From an uncultured delta proteobacterium (GTDB lineage: Bacteria; Desulfobacterota; Desulfomonilia; UBA1062): a stretch of DNA of 64,000 bases. The stretch spans positions 320,001 to 384,000 of the forward strand of contig CAWCTR010000004.1 of assembly GCA_963798485.1 (NCBI GenBank), given 5' to 3'. Below, one piece after another: positions 57,058 through 64,000 of the stretch. Position 1 is the first letter of the stretch; every line of letters starts with the position of its first letter. Under the pieces are notes generated by a model. That model searched no databases. It had not been told where the DNA came from and worked only from the letters and a program-made list of their open reading frames with translations. The translations under genes were made by a program, and so were the position numbers.

Positions 57058-58085
57058 TTAAGGGAATACCGGGACGTAGTCAAGACCGGTTGCCTCGTCG
57101 AGGCCGAACATGAGGTTCATGTTCTGAACGGCCTGGCCCGAAGCGCCTTTGGTAAGGTTGTCAATGACACTTATGATGGTGGCCCTCCTGGAGGCCTTGT
57201 TCTTTGCCACGCCCATGAGGCACCTGTTGGTGCCGCGGACATCCTTGGTGGCAGGGAACCCATCAATGAGGCGGACAAACCTCGAGCCCTGGTAGAAGTT
57301 CTTGATACAGTCCTTCAGGTCCTGTTCGTTTGCCGATGTATTCACATAGATCGTGGAGAGCATCCCGCGGCTGATGGGTATGAGGTGTGGTGTGAACTCG
57401 ATCGTGACATTTTCCCCTGCAGCCCTGCTGAGCTCCTGCTCTATCTCGGGTATGTGCCTGTGGGAGCGGCCGACCTTATAGGCCGAGAACGATTCCCCTG
57501 ACTCGCATATGTGGGTCTTCAGGCTTAAGCCCCGGCCTGCGCCCGAGACGCCGCTCTTGCTGTCTATGATGATGTCGTCTTTTTCCATAAGACCAGCCTT
57601 TAAGAGCGGTATGAGCGGAAGCAGCACGCTGGTCGGGTAACAACCGGGGTTTGCTACAAGCCTGGCATTCCTGATCTCTTCGCGGTGGATTTCGCACAGG
57701 CCATAGACTGCTTTCTTGAGCAGCTCGGGGTTCGAGTGCTCCTGATACCACTCCTTGTAGACTTCTGTATCGCGGATGCGGGAGTCCGCACTCAGGTCCA
57801 CCACCTTCACCGCGTCAATGATCCGGGCGATAAAGCCCATGCTCACCCCATGGGGAAGGCAGCTGAACACGACATCGCACCGGGTTTTTATGGTCGAGCG
57901 TCAAACTCCTCAAGGTCAAACTCCGCTGATCCCTTCAGGAATTCGAGGATTTCGGAAATGGGCTTGCCGTTGTATTGGCGGGACGAACAATAGGTAATCC
58001 TGGCCTCTGGGTGCGAGTGCAATAGTCGTATTAGCTCCGCACCGGTATACCCTGTGGCTCCCAGGATACCTATGGAGATCGTCAA
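57058..58085 (-). CDS. argC: N-acetyl-gamma-glutamyl-phosphate reductase, frameshift near 57895 (probably sequencing error)
   Basis: GATGYTGAEL in one frame; CLPHG, DLSAD, ANPGCYPT, KSGVSGAGR, DNLTKGASGQAVQN in another. Confidence 0.9.
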
Positions 58086-58092
58086 TGAAATA

Positions 58093-58485
58093 CTACCTCT
58101 TGGAGAACTGAGGCCTCTTGCGGGCCTTGTGGAGGCCGTATTTCTTACGCTCAACCATACGGGGATCCCTGGTGAGGAACCCGGCGGCCTTCAGCTTGGA
58201 CCTGAATTTCTCGATGTCAAAGGTTGCAAGAGCCCTTGAGATGCCGTGGCGCAAAGCCCCGGCCTGGCCGGAAATACCACCGCCACTGACCGTGGCGTAG
58301 ATATCGAACTGCCCCCTGGTATCGGTAATTACAAAGGGCTGTGAAGCCGATATCTGTAGTGTTTCCCTCGGGAAATACTCATCGATGGGTCTGCCGTTTA
58401 CGGTCATATCGCCCTTACCCGGGGACAACCATACCCGCGCGGTTGCGTTCTTACGACGTCCGGTGGCGTATATCTTCTCTGCCAT
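58093..58485 (-). CDS. rpsI: 30S ribosomal protein S9
   Basis: [33 protein letters not shown]. Confidence 0.98.
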   Translation of the reverse strand: MAEKIYATGRRKNATARVWLSPGKGDMTVNGRPIDEYFPRETLQISASQPFVITDTRGQFDIYATVSGGGISGQAGALRHGISRALATFDIEKFRSKLKAAGFLTRDPRMVERKKYGLHKARKRPQFSKR

Positions 58486-58497
58486 ACCAATACCCTC

Positions 58498-58926
58498 TTA
58501 CTTACTTAATAGCTGAGGCATCTGCGCCTCGTGCGGATGGTTCTCTCCCGTGTAGACCTTGAGTTTCTTGAACATGGCCCTCCCAAGAGAGTTCTTTGGG
58601 AGCATCCCCTTTACGGCGTGTTTGATGACATCCTCGGGTTTTTTCTTGAGGAGCTCCCGCATGGTTGCACTCTTGATGCCGCCCATGTACCCGCTGTGGT
58701 GGTAATAGGTCTTCTGCTCCAGTTTGTTGCCCGTAACCTTGATCTTGTCGGCATTGATTATGACGACGAAATCACCCACATCGGTGTGGGGTGTGAATTC
58801 CGGTTTTGTCTTTCCCCTGAGGATAGAGGCAATCTGAACAGCCAGCCTGCCGAGTACCATGTCAGCCGCGTCCACAAGGACCCACTGCCTGGCCACCTCG
58901 TCCTTTCTTGCTTGAAATGTACCCAT
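58498..58926 (-). CDS. rplM: 50S ribosomal protein L13
   Basis: [37 protein letters not shown]. Confidence 0.98.
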   Translation of the reverse strand: MGTFQARKDEVARQWVLVDAADMVLGRLAVQIASILRGKTKPEFTPHTDVGDFVVIINADKIKVTGNKLEQKTYYHHSGYMGGIKSATMRELLKKKPEDVIKHAVKGMLPKNSLGRAMFKKLKVYTGENHPHEAQMPQLLSK

Positions 58927-58960
58927 ACATACTACTCCTTAGCACGATAAATAGGGCTCG

Positions 58961-58989
58961 GATATATCTGAAGACTTGCAGGATGTCAA
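58961..58989 (-). promoter_or_regulatory. Sigma-70 promoter of rplM-rpsI
   Basis: TTGACA-N17-TATATC. Confidence 0.55.
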
Positions 58990-59009
58990 GTGCCGAAGGA
59001 ATCTGGTTA

Positions 59010-59490
59010 CTATTCGCTCTTTCCAAGGGCCTCCAACGCCTGCCCGGCCAGCATGCGCTTTTTCACATGAGGCAGATAGAGCCTGGATATGTTGCCGGTG
59101 TTTATATCGAAGATGTTCACATAGTTCCTGCCCGTGAGTTTGCGTCCGTATATCCCCACCTGGATAATGGCAGGCTCTTTTCTATTGCCTGAGGCTCCTC
59201 GGCGAGCAGAGCACGTAGGACTGTAACGGGACCCTATAGAGCTGTACCGTAATGCCTAGGATGGGGTTCACCTCCATGGCGACAAAACGACGTGCAAGCT
59301 CTTTTTTCAGTCGGCCTATGCCCTCGTTCAGATGCCAGGCCATGTCATCCTTGGCCAATCCCAATAAATTTTTAACCTCAGTCGGAGGCAGAATGAATCC
59401 CTGGCATTGGAATTTCAGAAGCTCCATGATGGAGGCTGCAGCACTTTTGCATCTTTTCCCTGATTCCGTCATTACATGTTCATTCAACAT
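59010..59490 (-). pseudogene. Hypothetical protein, apparently frameshifted near 59200-59235
   Basis: MLNEHVMTES... ends early; a protein-like continuation in another frame (LAEEPQAIEKEPAIIQVGIYG...KSE) runs to 59010. Confidence 0.45.
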
Positions 59491-59785
59491 CGCACCACCC
59501 CTTTCCACCCCGATGGGGTATGTACTATAAAAAGAAACAGCTTCAATGTGATAGAGAGCAATGTCCATGCCATTAAAATTAGTATATATATTCAATATAT
59601 TAAACACAATGCACTGGGTAAAACAGTGGGCGAGAGAATATGTTTACCTATACCTGGGATAATTAATTACCACTATCGATTTAATTATATAATATTAGAC
59701 AGTTCAACGCGTTATTTTAAGGCACATTAGACTGCTATATTTAAGTGATCTATATTCCATGCATTGCATGTCTCTTCATGTCTCT

Positions 59786-61000
59786 TTATGTTGACACCCG
59801 ATTCCTTCCCTGCTTCTTGGCTCTGTAGAGCGCCTTATCCGCATCCTTAAGCACGTCATTCGGTGTCTTGGTGCGCACATTCGGCCATGCCGCACCGATG
59901 CTTATGGTGACCGAGACCCTTTGGGGCGTCATTGTGCGTCTTCGCGGCGTCTTGGGTTTGCGCTTCGGCCTCATACGCGAACGGATGGCGAATTCTGCAT
60001 GGGCTACCTCTTTTCTAAGATCCTCAAGATGAACCAGCGCATCACCGGCATACCTGCCCGGGAAGATCACCGTGAATTCCTCCCCGCCATAACGGAAGGC
60101 CTTTCCCCCACCCGTGACCTGTGCAAGCCTTGAAGCAACCATCCGCAGCACCTGATCGCCTATATCATGGCCATGTTTATCGTTGAATTTCTTGAAGTGA
60201 TCGATATCGAGCATGGCCAGGCAATATTCGCCCCCCATCTTCAGAAGGTCTTCTTTCAGTGCCCTGCGGGCCGGAAGGCCTGTCAGCTCATCCTTGAAGG
60301 CCATGGCATGGGACATCTCGATTACCGACACCAGCAGGATAAAGGAGGCTGTGGCAAAGTGGAAACCCATCCGGAGCCTGTTATCCGCGCACGTAAGGGC
60401 CATGAAAATGACGCCGATGGCCCAGAAGAACCCGCTCTCCTTGGCGCTGCGGCCCCTGATGTACATGAGGGTAATTACCATGAGCGACAAAAGACACGCC
60501 ATTGCCGGTATCTGGGGCACCCCTAACACGTGTAAAAACGGCCAGGGAAAAATGTCATACCCCAGCAGCTCAACATATCGCTCGGGATTCCGCCCGGCAA
60601 TGATGCCCACGAAAAAGGGCTGGACCAGGATAAAGGCAAGCCGGGCCATGCCCCTTGGCGTGAAGATCCCCCGCTCGCTCACCAGGGACAAGACAAGCAG
60701 GTTAAGCGGCAGGAGCAGGGCTGCGGAGACATAGGCAACGCGCCAATAGATGTCGCCGCTTGACTGCCCTGCGCCATAGTGCATAAGGCACCAATGTGTC
60801 AGGGCAATGGCTACCGCGGCGAATACCAAGGCTGACCGGTTGAATCTCCATCCGAAGACAACTGCAACCAGGTAGGTAACATAGGGGTATATCTGCACGA
60901 TAGTACCCAGGTTCGTTTGAACCCCCTGAAGGTGCACGAGGATCAGGGAAGCAAGCAGCAGCATAGCCCCGGGCAGAAAAAAAGATAGAACAGCCTTCAT
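59786..61000 (-). CDS. Membrane-bound diguanylate cyclase (GGDEF)
   Basis: Multi-TM N-terminus, DELTGL, DIDHFKKFND.HGH..GD, RYGGEEF, ADKALYRAK. Confidence 0.92.
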   Translation of the reverse strand: MKAVLSFFLPGAMLLLASLILVHLQGVQTNLGTIVQIYPYVTYLVAVVFGWRFNRSALVFAAVAIALTHWCLMHYGAGQSSGDIYWRVAYVSAALLLPLNLLVLSLVSERGIFTPRGMARLAFILVQPFFVGIIAGRNPERYVELLGYDIFPWPFLHVLGVPQIPAMACLLSLMVITLMYIRGRSAKESGFFWAIGVIFMALTCADNRLRMGFHFATASFILLVSVIEMSHAMAFKDELTGLPARRALKEDLLKMGGEYCLAMLDIDHFKKFNDKHGHDIGDQVLRMVASRLAQVTGGGKAFRYGGEEFTVIFPGRYAGDALVHLEDLRKEVAHAEFAIRSRMRPKRKPKTPRRRTMTPQRVSVTISIGAAWPNVRTKTPNDVLKDADKALYRAKKQGRNRVST

Positions 61001-61152
61001 GCGCCAACGCCTCTTCACAGGGGGTCTTTGTATTGCTAAGGATCTTTTATGACCACCCGAGATATGTTACGGCGTTCCCCGGAAAGAACTTGAATGAATG
61101 AGGGCTCTACGCGCCGATTGTCATATTCAAAGAAAATCGGTACACTCTGACC

Positions 61153-62118
61153 ATGGATATTTTCTTCTTTGAGGCCTTTTCCGAGGAGGAAGAAGCCCTT
61201 CGCAGATACCTCCCGCACGATATCAGGGCAGGGTTCACCCATGAGACCATCCAGGAGTCCGGGCATACCTTACCGCCTGCCGCCCTTATCAGTACCCGGA
61301 CCCAGTCTTCCATGCCACGTGAGTGGGGCCGGCACATCAAGGGCATCCTGACCAGGAGCACAGGGTATGACCACGTCGTCCCCTTCCTCACCGGCTCAGG
61401 CAAACAGATCCCGGCAGGTTATCTGCCCCTGTACTGCAGCCGGGCCGTGGCCGAACAGGCCCTGCTGCTCTGGCTCGGACTCATGCGGAAGATACGCTCT
61501 CAATTGGCCCACCTGCCCCATTTTAACCGTGACGGGCTCACGGGTACGGAGTGTGCCGGTAAGACCCTTCTTGTGGTAGGGGTAGGCAACATCGGGTCAG
61601 AGGTGTGCCGCATCGGCGAGGCCCTTGGTATGAACGTCATCGGGGTGGATATTGTGGAGAGACACCCTTCCGTCTGCTACATCCCTATTGAGGAGGGCAT
61701 CGTAAAGGCGGATGTGATCTGCTGCTCCATGAACCTGACTGACAAGAATCATGGTTATTTCACCTATGACCTCCTAAAAAAGGCCAAGCCGGGTGCGGTC
61801 TTCGTGAACATCGCCCGGGGAGAGCTTTCACCTGCATCCGTACTCCTGCGCCTGCTGGTCGAAGGGCTTCTTGGGGGTGTGGGGCTCGATGTCTATGAGA
61901 ACGAAGGTGATCTTGCAGTAGCTCTGCGCTCGGGCATAACCATTAATAATCCTGCAATGCGCTCCGTTCTCGATCTCGCAGGACACGAGAATGTCATCCT
62001 GACCCCGCACAATGCCTTCAACACCAAAGAATCAGTGGAACGCAAGGCCCACATGAGCATAGAGCAGATAGGGCACTTTTTGAAGCACAGGGAGTTCATC
62101 TGGAAGGTTCAGATCTGA
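61153..62118 (+). CDS. D-isomer-specific 2-hydroxyacid dehydrogenase
   Basis: RSTGYDH, AVAE, GVGNIG, NIARG, LDVYENE, TPHNAFNT. Confidence 0.9.
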   Translation: MDIFFFEAFSEEEEALRRYLPHDIRAGFTHETIQESGHTLPPAALISTRTQSSMPREWGRHIKGILTRSTGYDHVVPFLTGSGKQIPAGYLPLYCSRAVAEQALLLWLGLMRKIRSQLAHLPHFNRDGLTGTECAGKTLLVVGVGNIGSEVCRIGEALGMNVIGVDIVERHPSVCYIPIEEGIVKADVICCSMNLTDKNHGYFTYDLLKKAKPGAVFVNIARGELSPASVLLRLLVEGLLGGVGLDVYENEGDLAVALRSGITINNPAMRSVLDLAGHENVILTPHNAFNTKESVERKAHMSIEQIGHFLKHREFIWKVQI

Positions 62119-62182
62119 GTATTTTCTATACCATGGTTGGTCAAGATCCAAGACACCTATTCCTCTGTGCTACCCTACAATA

Positions 62183-63022
62183 CTAAAAGGTATATACTAA
62201 TGTCAGGCTCGGTCCATAGGTGACATCTTTATAATCACCAGGAGCATAAGTATATTTAGGGGAAAAGTACCATTGCTGATACCTGTATCCAATCTGAATG
62301 ATCATTTTATCAATGGGTAAATAACTCAGGCTTGCTTCAGCATTATATACTATTGAATTATCAGATTTAATTTTCATTTGATTGATAAAAGCCCAACCTA
62401 ATCCACCCTGCATTCCTACAGCAATCTTATCGGAAACAGGGTATGCTACACCAACACCGGCAGTCGGCATATTTACATTGTATTTTATTGTATTTGGAAT
62501 CACTATGTTAGGGTACCCGGGCTCATAAACTGTGAAATTTTCATCAATTTTAACATTTTGATACTTATATCCTGCAAATATTTTGCAATATTCAAGGAAT
62601 GGATAATTATCCTTAAATTGAGAAAGTGAGTAGGAACCAGCTAGATCATAGTCATAGCGTGTGGTGTCTATGTGCGTGTTACAACCTACTGGTAGGCCAA
62701 CGGCATACTGGTTAAGCTTTTGGGAAAAGTTGCTGATTACCATGGGGGCAAAGCTGATATTCCATTTCCCATCCGTGGTTTGATATCCCAATAGAGGTCC
62801 GGCTAAAAATCCAGTTCCAGTTCCTGTACTAGAGTGTATATCCCAATCATAAAGGTTTTTCAAACCTTTAACCGTATTTTGGCTAATCCAGTCTAAAACA
62901 CCCGAATCCCATTTGGTATACCAATACTTGGCCCCTAACAAGAAGGTCCCGGCTTCTGCTTTTGCGAGTGGAAAAGCCAGAAAGAAAACCAATATCCATA
63001 CAATACTGCAAGTTTTCTTCAA
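62183..63022 (-). CDS. Outer-membrane beta-barrel protein
   Basis: Signal peptide, alternating aromatic strands (GYKYQ, GYRYQ), C-terminal VYTF BAM-type motif. Confidence 0.75.
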   Translation of the reverse strand: MKKTCSIVWILVFFLAFPLAKAEAGTFLLGAKYWYTKWDSGVLDWISQNTVKGLKNLYDWDIHSSTGTGTGFLAGPLLGYQTTDGKWNISFAPMVISNFSQKLNQYAVGLPVGCNTHIDTTRYDYDLAGSYSLSQFKDNYPFLEYCKIFAGYKYQNVKIDENFTVYEPGYPNIVIPNTIKYNVNMPTAGVGVAYPVSDKIAVGMQGGLGWAFINQMKIKSDNSIVYNAEASLSYLPIDKMIIQIGYRYQQWYFSPKYTYAPGDYKDVTYGPSLTLVYTF

Positions 63023-63084
63023 TGTATTATCCCCCCTTTAAATTTTATTATCCCCACAAATCTGCATGTTATCATGATAATGTA

Positions 63085-63909
63085 TTATAAAGTCATGGGT
63101 ATGGCCATCACTAGCTTAGCAAGATTCTTTTTTGCCCTCTCATAGTTTGGATCATATTCCAAGGCCTCTTTAAACTTTTGCTTCGCATCTTTTTCATACA
63201 TGGTTGCATCTTTTTCTTGACCCATTTTTTTCGATTCGTCTGCTTTCATCAATGCTATTTCACCGGAGTAGTTCTTCAATGAGGCATCCACCGATTTGGT
63301 TTCAATAGTGTTCAAGATTTTGCTTTGCTTCTCTTCATCCAGCATGACTTCCAAGACCTTTGTAACTTTAGTGAAAAGATTCTTCTCTACTATAAAAAAT
63401 TTATCGGTTTTACCGGTAGCCGAAGTCGCACATAGCTGGATACCTTTCTCTACAGAAAAAACCTGTGCCGATATTTTAAGTTGTCCTCCCATTTCCATGA
63501 AGGTACCTGTGAGAATGTATTTGGCAGCAGTTAATTTTCCTATGGTTACTGCGGATTTTTTATCAACAAGACCTGACTGCTGCAACTGGATTTCCTTAAG
63601 AATTTCATTAATCCTCTCTCGATCTACGATGTTGAACATCGCGGTTTCTTCTAAGTCAGTGGTAAGCATAGCTGCAATGCCGTATTCCCAAGGTTCGAAA
63701 TAATTCGCCCGTTCTTTTGATGTGGTGTTTACAAATTTTAATACGGCAAGTCCGGATCTTTCCGATCGAGGTAATATGGTACTAGTTGCTTCTACGATAT
63801 CGTAAAACTGAGAGGGCTTTCCATTACTGTCAAATGCTAAGGCGGGCGTAGTTAATAAAAAGGACTCTATCAAAAACAGTATAATCAAATGATATGTATT
63901 AATTCTCAT
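63085..63909 (-). CDS. CsgG/HfaB (TolB-N-like) domain protein with C-terminal TPR
   Basis: Signal peptide, LAVLKF, IVDRERINEILKE..LQQSG, IGKLTAAKYILTG, ALEYDPNY. Confidence 0.8.
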   Translation of the reverse strand: MRINTYHLIILFLIESFLLTTPALAFDSNGKPSQFYDIVEATSTILPRSERSGLAVLKFVNTTSKERANYFEPWEYGIAAMLTTDLEETAMFNIVDRERINEILKEIQLQQSGLVDKKSAVTIGKLTAAKYILTGTFMEMGGQLKISAQVFSVEKGIQLCATSATGKTDKFFIVEKNLFTKVTKVLEVMLDEEKQSKILNTIETKSVDASLKNYSGEIALMKADESKKMGQEKDATMYEKDAKQKFKEALEYDPNYERAKKNLAKLVMAIPMTL

Positions 63910-63924
63910 AGAATCACATCAATT

Positions 63925-63954
63925 ATATGACATCCATCTATATGACATCCATCT
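63925..63954. repeat. Tandem 15-bp direct repeat
   Basis: ATATGACATCCATCT x2, just upstream of the CsgG-like start. Confidence 0.7.
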
Positions 63955-64000
63955 TAATTTAATCATTCTTCATTAATTACTTGAAAATTACATCGTGTCA

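Noticed and set aside
57880-57910. Programmed frameshifting in argC or the nitroreductase
   Set aside because: No convincing slippery site with a stimulatory structure; indel error is simpler.
1-64000. CRISPR array, tRNA, rRNA
   Set aside because: No regularly spaced repeats, cloverleaf or rRNA-like sequence seen by eye.

Overview
Gene-dense window from an anaerobic bacterium; the gene content, sigma-54 activators and c-subunit type suggest a Desulfobacterota/Syntrophales-like lineage (inference). The left half is mostly acyl-CoA catabolism: an acyl-CoA ligase, a crotonase, and a TetR locus with a 4-hydroxybutyryl-CoA-dehydratase-family gene, an SDR and a 3-hydroxyacyl-CoA dehydrogenase. It also holds a ~11.6 kb sigma-54 operon: 44-aa sORF, SCP-x-type thiolase, SDR, a catalytic/non-catalytic ACAD pair, nitroreductase-ferredoxin, CoA ligase, CMD protein, a QueG/RdhA-like Fe-S protein and a decaying tail. 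This operon and a holin-like/TPR operon share an identically spaced -24/-12 + IHF-like + enhancer architecture next to a 1039-aa activator. An NRAMP-like/MgtE-domain operon has a leader with short ORFs and competing hairpins. The right half has pdxR-pdxST, a double-cubane-cluster-type protein, and an orphan sigma-54-driven atpE next to an output-less Cache membrane protein, opposite a two-component system. It also contains UPF0182, a TMTC-like glycosyltransferase, an intact IS66 with 8-bp TSD, and rplM-rpsI-argC-MEMO1-mtgA. Several single-base frameshifts, including one in argC, suggest sequencing errors. No CRISPR, rRNA or tRNA was seen. All calls come from reading the sequence by eye; no searches were run.
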